Source: Welwitschia mirabilis (taxonomy: Eukaryota). From it: a DNA stretch of 53,067 bases. The stretch lies in the NCBI GenBank assembly GCA_051453625.1, contig JBOZIK010000001.1, positions 17,012,877-17,065,943 of the forward strand, in the 5' to 3' direction. Below the pieces are notes generated by a model. That model was not told the origin of the DNA. It was given only the letters and a program-made list of their open reading frames with translations, and did no database searches. Made by a program: the position numbers and the translations under genes. This document shows positions 25,900 to 39,064 of the stretch, piece after piece; position 1 is the first letter of the stretch; every line of letters begins with the position of its first letter.

Positions 25900-26250
25900 A
25901 TACATACAGTTTATATTCTCAAGTAGCTTCTCTTTCTATCTTATCTAATCATTATACTTATAAAGTTAGATTTATCTTTCTTCAACATCATATAAATTAT
26001 TGTAAAGGTTGGAATGTTGTCTACAAGATTGTTAATCAAAACTATTGATCATCATGGTAACACCAATAATATCTTGTATTGGAAATGGTCAAGCCTCTAG
26101 AAATTCTCTTCTTCCTCCATCCTTCACTTTGACTTCATGATATATTCTTTAAAAGTTGTGTTTTATATGTACATCAATCTTCAAATTATACCAAAAAATC
26201 TTTTGCTATACATGAGCTTTCAATCTTCCCCATTTCCTACGGTTATAATG
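25900..26250 (-). pseudogene. Heavily deleted integrase/chromodomain remnant of D
   Basis: Minus-strand 'IKV**LDKIEREAT*E' resembles VKVQW....EEATWE. 'KIFWYNLKIDV' and 'YHEVKVK...LEA*PFP' resemble the integrase zinc-finger segment. Confidence 0.55.
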
Positions 26251-26803
26251 CTTACTTAATTATGAAAACCATTATGAATAAGCATATTTTTCATGAAAGG
26301 CTAGGTAAGGATTACATTGTTGCTTTTGTAAGAAATTTCTAGAACACAGTTGAACATACCTATATATGATTCAAACTCATTTAATGTCATAAGACAAATA
26401 TATTTTAACAACCTCCTTGTTTTGAATAGAACTAAAATAAGCTTGATCTATTAAATTCCACAATTGCAACACAATAATATTCCACTTCAAACCATGATAC
26501 TCATATGTAAAGATGTTTATTGAGAAATTCCTTAAGTCTAAACTCATAAATTATAAGTCTTTTTCCACTCTACAGTCCTTTATTATGTGCTTGTTTTAAT
26601 TATTTTTTGACTATTTTGCTTGTATAACCTAGTTAAAATTTTTTACTTCAAAGTATATTATATCATTCTAAAGTCTAATAATCAAGAAAAAAATCTATGA
26701 AGTATGTCAAGTTTAGCCTAAAGAAATAAATGAAATAGATGAGACCATTATTATTACCAATGAGTTAATACTAATCAAGTATTAACATACATATACATAC
26801 ATA

Positions 26804-26805
<2 letters not shown>

Positions 26806-26835
<30 letters not shown>
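26806..26835. repeat. (TA)n microsatellite
   Basis: TA run next to a gap. Confidence 0.95.
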
Positions 26836-26837
<2 letters not shown>

Positions 26838-28356
26838 CATAAATAAGAGTTTAGAGTTAGGCCAANNNNNNNNNNNNNNNNNNNNNNNNNNNNNNNNNNN
26901 NNNNNNNNNNNNNNNNNNNNNNNNNNNNNNNNNNNNNNNNNNNNNNNNNNNNNNNNNNNNNNNNNATATAAGCATAAATAAGAGTTTAGAGTTAGGCCAA
27001 TGTTATGCAAGAATAGGCTAATAAACATACAAAAGATTTTAGATTAATTAAAAGTAAGTAAAATCTACCCTCATAAGCTTGAATACCTATATGTATATTC
27101 CAGCTAACTAAAAATAATAATCAACATAATATGTATGGCATGATCATCATCATAAAGCATAGGAGTTTTATCAATTAAGAGTAATGGCCCACATGCATCT
27201 ATTGGATGACAAGAAGGTATTTATTTTTTTAAATCAATTAACATAAGAATAAGGTCTATATTTATTAATTATAAAAGTAAAGTACTAGGGATAAATAGAG
27301 ATCTTAGTTAAATGGATCACATTGACAACTTACTAGATAAGAAATTTTAAGCTTATAACTTAAGGAAAAATAAAAATAAGTATAACCTCAAAAATAAGAT
27401 TCATTAAAAAGATTAGCCAATAAAACTAAGCTAAGGATCTTTATGTTATCAAACTTTCATAATAATCAATTATGTGGTCATACTTCCTTTTGTATTTATT
27501 TTATTCATAATATCTAATAAAAGGAGGGGGTTTATTTATCCTCTTTAATAGAGGGATCTAAGAAAATGGTGTATAAACATGAACCATAAAAAAAATGAAA
27601 GAGTAAAATCACTGAAGAAGAACAAGAATTAAGAGGCTATTAGTATAAAGAGATTAGACTCAGTGTTAAATAGCTTAGGACTAATGTTTTTAGAACTTTT
27701 CTTTAATTTAGCCTATGAAAATCTTCTAGTTCTCATGTGGTTTTGTGGCTTCTTATGACCAACAAAATTGACATTTTACATGGAGACATTGTAGAAAATA
27801 ACTTTTGATAGTTGATGAATCTATGTGTGTANNNNNNNNNNNNNNNNNNNNNNNNNNNNNNNNNNNNNNNNNNNNNNNNNNNNNNNNTATTCATCTTTGA
27901 GGTGGATTTTCTCTTCTGATCTATATGACATTCTCAATATTTCACTAAAAATTTTGTGTGTTCAAATAATATTGGATAGAATCCTATTCTATGATAAAAA
28001 AAAGAGAATGTAATGCCCATATGTAAAGGACATTGGAGCTCACCTCTAATGCATTTTATGCATTTTGCTAGTTTTAAAAAGACCTAAATCTTCTAGGGTG
28101 TAGATGAAACATTATTTAGCAAGGTTGGATGAGAGGTTTCTATGCATGATCAACCAACTATTTATGCAAATTGTAGTGGAATTTATCTTGATTAAAATCC
28201 ATAAATTTAAGCTTGTTAACTCTATAACTACAAGTATTATAGTTTTTAAAGGGGTAAACAGAGTAAATGTAAAAAGTTAAGAGATGCAAACTATAGTCTT
28301 AAAACCATAATTAAGGGTGAAATTCACAAATTTTAAAGGCAAGCAAACTATAAGAG

Positions 28357-29426
28357 TGTTGTATTACTAATTTATGCTTATTTGATAGGGTTTTATGAGT
28401 TATTTTACAAGACTTTTACATAGGTTTAAGTGTAATTATAAGGATTTTGAAGATTTAATAGGAAGTCTCAGAAATGTATGATTCTTATTAAAATTTGATG
28501 TATTAAAATGCACATTCTGATGTACAGAGCTTTAGAGAAGGATTATTGACAAAAATACTAGTTTCTCATCAAGAAAATAATCAAAGAATACCATCGTCTC
28601 CTCTGTTATTACCATGATAGAAAGGATAATGAATACTGATGTGGATTACTGAATCACTACTGAGTCATCATTTTGAGTCATCTTTAATAAAGTGTTGTTA
28701 TCCCACTTATCATCAAGATGATAGTTAGGACAACACTGATGTGTAATCAACTCTAATACTGACCCTTGACCATTTTGTCCATTTTGGAATTATAAATAAG
28801 TGCATCTTACCATGCCTTCTATTGTCCTTTTCTATTGTATTTTCTTGTAAATAAGTTCCCCTTCAACTCTCCTTTTCATCTTTGTTACATTGGAAATTCT
28901 CATGATAGGAGATCAAAGGGTAGAAGATCCATCTTAAGCATTGTAGAAAGATGTGCATTTGGTAGAGCATTGTGTATCCTCCATTAAGACCCAACTATTT
29001 TATAACCAAGATGTTTTTTACTCTTTGATACAAAAACCATGTTTACATGTTAGTTTTTCTAATGACTTTTGTAGTCTATGTTTCCCTTGATTTGGTGATA
29101 ATTTCTTGGGTGATATATATTATCAAGGGAAACATTTGTTAAGGTTGAAATAAAATAGTATTATTTTCATGTTGCATTTCATCTAGATTAGTTACATCTT
29201 GCATTTGCATTATATCTTTTACTTCTTTCATTATTCTTTATTTTTAATTCCTAGTATTCTTTTGCAAATCAATCCGAGTATGATCTCATTGTCTTCAATG
29301 TGAATACAATATTTTAGATCTAATTCCACTCATACGAGTGTGTTATATTGTGTAAGATATATATTTATTTTATGAATGATAGAATCTTTCAAAACTTAAG
29401 CACTTACACAAATACACACTGCAATA
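28357..29426 (+). repeat. 5' LTR of C
   Basis: TGTTGTATT...GCAATA; colinear with 34856-35932. Confidence 0.93.
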
Positions 29427-29429
29427 AAT

Positions 29430-29447
29430 TTGTGCCATTGCTGGGGA
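29430..29447 (+). promoter_or_regulatory. Asp-type PBS of C
   Basis: ttgtgccattgctgggga resembles TGGCGCCGTTGCCGGGGA. Confidence 0.82.
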
Positions 29448-29914
29448 AGGCTATTGAGGAGTATAATAGTTTTATCATTTAAATGAGTATATCAGATCTT
29501 TGTTTGGTTATTTATCTATAGCAATGTTGTATTTTACTAGGAACTATAGGATGTCTAAGTGCAACTTTTTTCATTTTGATTTTTCAGTTTTAGTTTCTAT
29601 AGAAAAATAGTGATCATTCCCTCTATTGTCTCCATGAAAGTTAGGATGACAGTGTGCCATTTTTACTTTCAATTTTATTTTTAGTTTTTATTTTCTCTAT
29701 AATAAAATTGATTTCTATCATCTCCCTTGATATCTGGACAATCAGATGGATGACAGTTTTTCTGAATTTTTGGCATTCTATTTTGGATTCTATTTTGTTT
29801 ATGTTTTTCTAGTTTCTATATGCGTCATCTCTTCTATCATCCCCATGATAGATAGGATGATGGTCTATTATTTTTGATCTTATTTTCTATTGTTTGCTAT
29901 TTACAAGATGCTAT

Positions 29915-32720
29915 AATATGGTCAATCTTAAGAAGAAATATTAAAAAGAAAGGTTGTTCATAGAGAAGAACATTAAAGAAGAACCGGTGGATATAGAAAA
30001 TAAGTCAAAAAAGCATTCCCTAGATGCACTCAATCCTTTTTCTAAATTTATTTTTTTTGAATCTGATTTTCTTAACAAAAATCCTGTAAAAAGAGATAAC
30101 TAATTCATAATGTTAAATGCCTCCCATAAGCAAAAATAAGTCATAGAAACTTCTACCCCTAATGCAAACCTTACCCTTAGAGATTTTTTAGCCAATAAGA
30201 AATGAGAGATCCAAACACCTTTTGATCTACTCCCAGGAGATGATGTTGAGCTTAAAAATTTACATGCCTACCTAATTTTTAGTGGAGAAAATGATGAGAA
30301 CTCATTGCAACACATTACAAACAGTAAACAGCTAATCCTCACCTTAAGAAATGGGAAGAAAAAAAAATAAGTGATAGAACATATATGGTAATATTTCTCA
30401 TGGCATTAAAGGATAGAGTAAAACTTTAATTAAATGCTATCCCCTACAAAAGGTTAAAAGCATNNNNNNNNNNNNNNNNNNNNNNNNNNNNNNNNNNNNN
30501 NNNNNNNNNNNNNNNNNNNNNNNNNNNNNNNNNNNNNNNNNNNNNNNNNNNNNNNNNNNNNNNTAAGTGATAGAACATATATGGTAATATTTCTCATGGC
30601 ATTAAAGGATAGAGTAAAACTTTAATTAAAGGCTATCCCCTACAAAAGCTTAAAAGCATGGGATCCAGTCTAGGAAACCTTTGTAAAAAGATCTATGACT
30701 GAATAAACTATGATAACAAGGAAAAAGGAGGTAACAAACTTTCAATAAAAACAAAATGAAGATTATGCCTCTACTTATAAACATTTCTTCATAGTANNNN
30801 NNNNNNNNNNNNNNNNNNNNNNNNNNNNNNNNNNNNNNNNNNNNNNNNNNNNNNNNNNNNNNNNNNNNNNNNNNNNNNNNNNNGTAGATTTCTCTTATGA
30901 TGAAAACTTAATGAATCTTACTCTATATGATGCTTAAACAAAATTAGAAGAGCTTGTAGAGGTTGGTAAAACTTGATCAACTCCTAAAGAAAATCCAACT
31001 ATCGACCAACTCATTAAAGATTTTAAAGAAGTTAAACAACAAAAAGAGGTAGAATTCAATCATACAAATTTCATGAAAGATTTTACAATAACCTTGGAAA
31101 AGTATGTGGAAATGATTTTAGATGACAAATCCACAACCAAAAGAAATGTTGTGCAAGCCTATGACTTATGTGAGGATAATTATCATGTTACTAAAAATTG
31201 TCCTCTTTTACTAACATATAAAGAAAGAATTCATGAAGAAGTTTGTACTTTTAACCAAACACCTTAAAACTTCTAAAACCAAAATCAAACATAACCTAGG
31301 TTGGACACTCATTTTCAAAATAATCCTTAACCTTTTAAAAATCAATTCAAAAACACAAACTACCAACTAGGACTATCAAACTTTCAACATCCAAATGATC
31401 AACTCATAAACCTAAGAGAATAAATTAGAAAAATCAAATGCCAACTCTGAGAAACAAAATGCCATCATTGAAAACTTAAAAAAATCATTTAGTAAATCTT
31501 GTTGGTAATTTAAAGACCTCAAGGAACATTATCAACACAACCTTTACCAAATCCAAATGAACTAAAAAAAGTTATAAGGTTGTGAAAAGAAGTGAACAAG
31601 AAAAAAACTCTTTTACATGTGAACCTTTCAACTCTCAAAACAACTTTAGAAATGATAAAGAAGAAGAGGAAGAGGACATTAAAATTTTAGAAGATTACAA
31701 CTTACCTTCTCTTAGATAAAAGAAAAAGAAAAATCCTTCTCAACAAAACACCCTTTGGATAGATAGGCTTAACAATAATTCAACTTTCAATGAATATGTA
31801 AAAGTCTTGATGAAAAATATGAGTACAAACTTACCCTTTTGGAAAATTTTGCAACAAAATCTAGGGTACTCAAAACTTTAGAAGGACTTAATAAAAAAAA
31901 TAAAAACAAATCATCCCAAATAAAGTCTTTCTAGCACAATCCATCATGAATTTAGTATTATAAAAATGATCCAAATTTAAAGATCTAGGAAAAACTAAAA
32001 TGAAAATGTTACTTTAGAGGAAAACAAAAAGATTAGAAAAGCTTTGATAAACATTAGAACAAGTGTTAACATTATACCACTTCATATTTGTAAGAGACTT
32101 AGTTTGGAGGATAGAATAAAGCCTACTCTGGTTGTCTTAGAATTAGTAGACACTTTAGTTAAGAAATCGTTAAGCATCATTAAAGATTTGAAAATTCAAA
32201 TTAAAGAGGATTACTACCCAATAGATGTTATTATCATAGAAGTTAAGCATAATAGAGGATACCCTTTACTTCTAGGAAGATCCTTTTATGCAATAGCTTA
32301 CTAATCATTGATACAAGAGTAGGAACAATGAAATGTCATTTTGGAAATAGAACATTTACAATTAGAGTCTTTGATGTAGCTAAGAAAGATCTAAGTGGTG
32401 ATGAAATAAACTTAAAAGATAAAATCAAATCCACTTTATTTTTACAACATCACTCACTTGAAGAAAGAAAGATGAAATCAAATGAGCATGTGCTTTGTGA
32501 GACCAACTTAAGAATAAAGAAGAAATACAATCTTTAGAGTGTAAAGAAGTCCAACTTTTCAAGAAAGATTATGAGGGAGATTGTCCATTATGTAAGCCAA
32601 AAATTGAAAAAAATAATTTGAATTTAGATAAGAAAAATTTCTTTAATGGACTTAAATATAATTTCCTTTATGATGTTCAAAACAAAACTTATGTGATAAA
32701 TGAAAATATTTTACTAGAGT
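29915..32720 (+). pseudogene. gag and aspartic protease remnant of C
   Basis: 'MKDFTITLEKYVEMIL...YDLCEDNYHVTKNCPLL' and 'INIRTSVNIIPLHICKRL...GYPLLLGRSF'. Colinear with A and B. Confidence 0.9.
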
Positions 32721-34843
32721 TACCATTTCTCTTTCCTTTGACTTCCAAAATTTGTTCTTTAATGTGGTATCAAAGAGTTCTCTCCATTACTCCTATTTTC
32801 ATCCAACTAATTTTACTTAAAAATAATTATAGATCTCTTATGTTTTATTAATTGGTAAATTTTTGATTTGTACCTTATTCCTATGAAAATCTTGAGACCA
32901 AAATAGATCCTTAATTTTTTCTTATTTATTTTCAATGAAAGTGTGCTTTAGATTTAGGAAATGAATAAAAATTTTCTTGCTTTGAGATTTTATTTTCAAC
33001 ATTTTATTTTGATGATCTTTGATTTCATTTTCTATTTTCAATTTTTTTTAATTTTCTATTTTCTATTTTCGCAATAATAAATTTATCATCTCCTCCGTCA
33101 TCCCTATGATAGATAAAATAACAATCAATTTTGATAGTTCTTTAGCTTTTTGATAAATTTCTATGTCTTTTTGATAATTTTCTATTTCTCTATTCCTGTT
33201 GTCCTCTCTATTATCTACATGACGAGCAAGACAACAGTTAATAAGATAATCATTCCTGATTTCTATTATTTTGAGAAAATACATTTGTATGGCTCTGTTG
33301 ATATTTCTAACTTGACTGCTTAAGAATTTTAGGAAGTACATGAGTAAAAAATGGAATTTTATGAGCAAATTGTCTGAATGTTTCTCTTAACTTTTTTCTT
33401 TGGAGGTTATTATGTTATTACTTGATCATTTTTCAGACATGACTTATGTATTTATCTCCATGACTAGTCTTTTGACTTAGAATTTTAGTGGTAAGATTGG
33501 ATTCATCTAATCTTAGGACATTCACACATTCATAAACTTCAGTTTGAAGGAAGATTCTTATTTTTCTCAATGGTGAAAAGATCTTAGATTATTTAAAACT
33601 GTTCTTTTCTATCTTTATCTTATGACTTTCACTTTATCTTTTGGAATGTTTGGTCATGTGAAATGTTTGTTTTGTTTTTCATTAAAAAAGAGAGAGAAAG
33701 AGAGAGATAAATAAGGTCATAATGTTTTATTTATCAAACATGGTTACCAGCTATCATACTGCAAGTATAATGGGGTAAATATTTCTAAAAGAAGCCTTTG
33801 GTAGTGTAATATAATAGTAGTGAAAACTCCATTGGGAGGTTAGTTAGTCATGCTTTGTAAGTCCTTACTTCTCTAGCTATGGTTGCATTTTTCCTATCAT
33901 GAATAATAAAAGTTATACTAAACTTTGAGGCTATGGAATTAGTGGTGTTCTTAGTGTGATCAGAGACATTGCTTATTTCCTAGACTCTTAGTCTATTTTA
34001 CATGCTCCTTTTATTTCTTGAGATTTGGATGTTTATTTTAAGATTATAGTAGGTAAGTTAATTTTTATTCAATTCTTTGGTCTGAGTATTCATTCTATTT
34101 TTAGAATTATCATAACCACTACCTTATCAAATGGAATTTTTCATACATCAAGTCATGCATTTTCACATTAAGTGATGTTATGATTTCTTTCATGAGAGTC
34201 TACTAGTTTAAAACATCAAATAGGTGAGCTATCTTTTGCTTCTATTACTTATGCCCATTATTTTTATTTTCTTTTATGATTTGGTTAGTTATTTTAAATT
34301 CATTACAATATTTTCTTAATCATTATGTTTTTCTTATTTGGTTTTCAATAAAAAAAGATTTCTTACGTAGTTGTGTTTTCTAAATTTTTGGTGTTGTAAG
34401 TACTGCTCTTAATCATTTTTGTAATGAAACATTTTTACTTTCCACTATTTTTCTTTACTTGTCAGAATATTTCATAGATCTATATTTTTCAAATCTGACA
34501 CTACTTAGGTTTGCACTTCATTTTTGAAAGTTATCCTCTTTTATCTATCTTCTCATTTGTGTCTACTTTATTTGCTTTATTTTCCAATACAAGATGTATT
34601 ACTTTTTCTTTAGGGGTAAGCAAAGATCCATTATCATGACTCAGTTTCAAAAATTTTTAACTTAATTTGGATCTTTTATGAGACAAATTTTTTTAAAATT
34701 TCATACACGTTATGCATTACCTATTAATTAACTATGTGATGTATTTTATGAGCTTGTTTTATAATTCCAGATTTATCTTTTGAAAAACAAATTGGTTTAT
34801 AATTATTTTTTTCCTAGTTTTTATCAGGGATTGATAAAAACTA

Positions 34844-34855
34844 AGTGGAGGGCTA
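34844..34855 (+). promoter_or_regulatory. PPT of C
   Basis: AAGTGGAGGGCTA-type tract directly before the 3' LTR. Confidence 0.8.
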
Positions 34856-35932
34856 TGTTGCACTACCAATTTGTGATTATATGATAGGGTTTTATGAGTT
34901 ATTTTGCAAGACTTTTACACAAGTTTAAGTGCAATTCTAAGGATTTTAAATATTTAATAGGAAATCTCAGAAATATGCAATTATTACCTAGATTTGATGT
35001 ATTAAAAAGTACATTCTAATACACAGAGCTTTGGAGAAGGATTACTGATAAAAATACTAGTTTCTTCTCAATAAAATGATCAAAGAAGACCATCATTCCC
35101 TCTGTCATCTTTACAATATTCAGGATGATGACTGTTGATGTGGACTACTAAATCACTGCTAAGTCATCATTCTAAGTTATCCTTTATAAAGTGTTGTCAT
35201 TCCACTTGTCGTCCAGATGATAGTTAGGATGACACTAATATGTAACTCACTCTAATAGTGACCCTTGATCGTTTTGTCTGTTTCTGAATTGTAAGTAATC
35301 ATGCATTACCATGCCTTCTATTTATCCTTTTCTACTATATTTTCCTGTAAATAAGTCACTATTTGACTCTCATTTTCATCTTCATTGCACTAGAAATTCT
35401 CATAATAGGAGATTAAAGGGTGGGAGATCCATCTTGAGCATTGCAAAAAGACATAAACTTGGTGGAGGGCTATGTATCCTCCATTAAGACTCGACTATTT
35501 TATAACTAAGATGTTTGTTACTCTTTAATATAAATACCTTGTTTTGTTTTCATGTTTGCATGTTATTTTTATCCTTAAAGTCTATATTTCCCTTGATCTA
35601 GTGATAATTTATTTGGTGATATAAATTATTATGAGTAGTCTTTATTAATACTAAAAGCAAGTAGTGTTAGTTCCATTTTTCATTTCATCTAGATTAGTTA
35701 CATCTTGCATTTGCATTATACCTTTTATTTCTTGCATTATTATTTATTTTTGGTTTCTAGTATTTTTTTGCAAAGCAATCCTAGTCTCATCTCATAGTCT
35801 TCAATGTGAATATGACATTTTGGATCTACTCCCACTCATACTAGTGTGTTGTATTGTGTAAAATATCTTTTTATTTTATGAATGATAAAATCTTTCTAAA
35901 CTTAAGCACTTGCACAGATACACACTACACTA
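34856..35932 (+). repeat. 3' LTR of C
   Basis: TGTTGCACT...ACACTA followed by the TSD AAGAG. Confidence 0.93.
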
Positions 35933-37022
35933 AAGAGAATCAATAGCGAATAGAATCAGGCTAATATAATTTAAATTTAAGCAAAAAAATACATAGACAC
36001 AAAATTTCAATATTTTATAAATGGGAAATGAAGGATAAGTTATTAATCCAAGCTAATAAAGATAGTATTGAGACTTTTATAGAGGTGATTTATTTTGCTA
36101 AAGTTGAATTTTTTTATTAAGTATAGTGATTACATCTCTTCTTTGACATTCTTAGAAATTAAGTCTCATTAGGTTTAATAGAGCCCTTCCATCATGTAAG
36201 AATGGCTCTTATATGGCTTTTATATCCTTGTATATATCCTAAAGGAACCAGGGAAGTTCTATTTCAAATTCATAATAGAAATATTTAGAGTGTTGGTTTC
36301 TAGTATGTGTAATTGATGTCTTCTTATTCTTAGAACTAATATACTTTGTTGAGATTTCCTAACATTTAAGTAAAATCTGTTGTCCATATGACATGAAAAA
36401 TTTCATGTCATTTGATGACTCTTTTATGCACTAATTCAGACATTTTAATAGTCATTTCATGTTCCATGATTCCATTTGAAATAACCTATATTTAATTCAA
36501 TGCATTTCTTATTTTCGAATATGGATTCCTCGACCTCAAGTTTCTCAGCAGTAGGGTGGGTTCTATTGTTTCTACACTAAATTACACCATTTTTGAAAAC
36601 ATTCAAAATGGTTTCCAGATTTTGATTAAAACCTTTAGTTGTCCATTTTTCTATTTTCTGATGTTCTTCCACATCATCTAAAAAGTCCTCTAGAGATAGT
36701 ATTCTTTGTTGTGAGGGAGGAATTTAATAAATACTTAACTACTATGATCAAAATCTTATGATTAATTGCTTTAGAATCCAAACATGTTTCTTTTCAAGAT
36801 TGAAAAATGACCCATTAGATTCCACATACTTAGCTACACTCTAGTTTGTATTACAACCTTCTATTGATCCTAACCAATTCTAATGATTTATCTAATAATC
36901 ATTTCTTATTTCATAATTATCCTTTGTAGACTATAAAGTTGATGCAGTGCTTGGGCCTATGCCTAACAAGTTTTTCATGTGTGATCATTTTTTCTCTAAT
37001 GGGTTTCAGTATTAAATATATA

Positions 37023-37025
<3 letters not shown>

Positions 37026-37059
<34 letters not shown>
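37026..37059. repeat. (TA)n microsatellite
   Basis: TA run. Confidence 0.95.
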
Positions 37060-37062
<3 letters not shown>

Positions 37063-39064
37063 CAAGCCCTTATAATACATGTTTTAGGTTTCTTAGAAAT
37101 TTAAAATATTATTAACTTTTTAAGATAAAAAATGAATGCATTCTGATCCTAATTCATTATTCAACAAGCTTTAGCAGATCAAATTAAAATAGATCTGAAT
37201 ATCCCATTAAGATTAGTAGATCTAATATGGGTAATAATTTATCTTTTTATAACTGTAATAATTATCTACTAGGGTTCTTGGTAAAATTATATAACTCTTT
37301 TACTGCTCTTTTACAATTAATTTGGTATCATGTAAGCCACTAATTGGAAGTAATTTCTAATTTTTATTTTGAAAATATTTCATTTATTTCCTTATGAGTT
37401 TTCATTGATTTTATTATAAATTAAAAAGGACATTTTATTGTTTAGTTTCTACTAATTTCTCTTTCACTATTTTCTACTTAAATTTATTACATTCCCTTAG
37501 CTAGGGAGTTAGCTAGATTGATAGGCATTTTGAAGGCATCCATTATACACCATCTTGCAAGATCACTAGCAAGCATGATAATTGTTAGAAGCTTCATTCA
37601 AAAAGCTCATTTCTTCAACATCAATATTCACCTATATGATAATTATCCAAGCATTTTATTTCACAATGATGCTATGATGGAAATTTTCTATCTTACGTTG
37701 AATGCCTTTAGAGTAAACAAAGTTAGATATAATAGCCTCATGCATGATTACAGTAATAAGACATGCCTACTAAGGAGTTTCCTATGCTAATAAGGTGGCA
37801 TTTGCATGAGCATATGTTGAAGAACAATCTCATGGTGGAGCATGCTTCTTAACTAAAAGTATTATTAATCAAGCTAATGATTTCTATAGTCTGAGAGTTT
37901 GATAATCCTTCAACCCATCATTGAGCAAGCACAAAAGTCCCCTATAAGTTAAACATGACTTCCAGCCATGCTTGAAATGTAGCCATACGCATATTCCTAA
38001 TGCATTAAATCTCTACCAAGTTTCTTAGATTCTCTTTGTGCTTGTAGTATAGTATATCTTCTAATTGAAGAGGCATTCTTTCTTTAATCTCATCCATTAA
38101 CATTAACATCACATAGCTTAGATAACATTATATAAAGGAGGATTCATTGCTCTTAGTATTTTGAAGGAAGATAAGCATCTTAGAAACTCATCTTCGTCCT
38201 CTATAAATCCTTTAACTTGTTCTACAAAACCATTTTCAAAGGACCTTCATCAATGAAGTAATGCTAAATGACGATCCTTGGTTCTTGTGGCTCACTCTGA
38301 AACTAATGAATAAGACTTCTCTTAAAAGGTGTTTTAGATCATCTTTTGATGATGTATTCTAGCCTAAAAACCACTCTATAAATCTACCTCAGATCTCATG
38401 AGAACTTTTTAAATTCCAACTTTGAAGGATAGTATCGAAGTGAACAAACAATCTAACTGCATCATTCTATGAAATCACATATTCACCCTATGGTACAAAA
38501 ATCATCTAGACATGGATCACTTGTAAAGCAATAATGAATTTGATTCATCCATAGCACACTTATCTCATCTATTCTACATATTTATTTCTTTTTGCACATT
38601 AATTTTGGATTCTATTTGATATCAAAATATATGGATTTTGCATTCCCAAAAGAATCTTAGAGTGTGACCATAATTGTAAGCGATTTAGAACTTGTGAAAC
38701 TTATAGCAGTACACTAATTAATCTTATTTAGCTTTAAAGTTATAGTTGTGAAGGAAAGAAAATAGATTTTTAGATTAGGTTGTAGAGCCCTCTAATTGAA
38801 CTTAGGGTTTCTTGAAAGGGGGTTTACAAAAAGAAGGAACTAGTATGTACCAAAGGAGAGGGAAAGGAAGGCATAAATGACCTTCTTCTGATGGAGCAAG
38901 ATGAAGGCTTGCACAGAGGAGGAAATATAAAATACTAATACATCTTGATTTAACTAAATTAAAAGACTTTTAATAGTTTCCTACTTTAGTTCTTTACAAG
39001 GAATGATTCTAAAGTCCTAAATATGGACAATTATGGTTATTTACTAAGCACTTCTTATGAAGCA

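Larger units (their letters stand above)
28357..35932 (+). mobile_element. Element C: non-autonomous Athila derivative (gag and protease only)
   Basis: Paired ~1.07 kb LTRs, perfect TSD AAGAG (28352-28356 and 35933-35937), PBS and PPT. No RT, RH or INT between the protease and the 3' UTR. Confidence 0.9.

Noticed and set aside
26831..27000. Direct repeat flanking a gap
   Set aside because: Identical contig-end overlap around a 100-N placeholder; an assembly artefact.
30369..30658. ~95-bp direct repeat in C gag
   Set aside because: Near-identical overlap either side of a 100-N gap; an assembly artefact.
32765..32775. TGGTATCAAAG PBS-like string inside C
   Set aside because: No adjacent LTR end; probably chance.
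37323..37338. TGGTATCATG PBS-like string on the plus strand
   Set aside because: Short match, and I could not define an upstream LTR or a partner.
37518..37790. 90-aa plus-strand ORF
   Set aside because: Non-ATG start and no recognisable motif; the opposite strand looks at least as coding-like.
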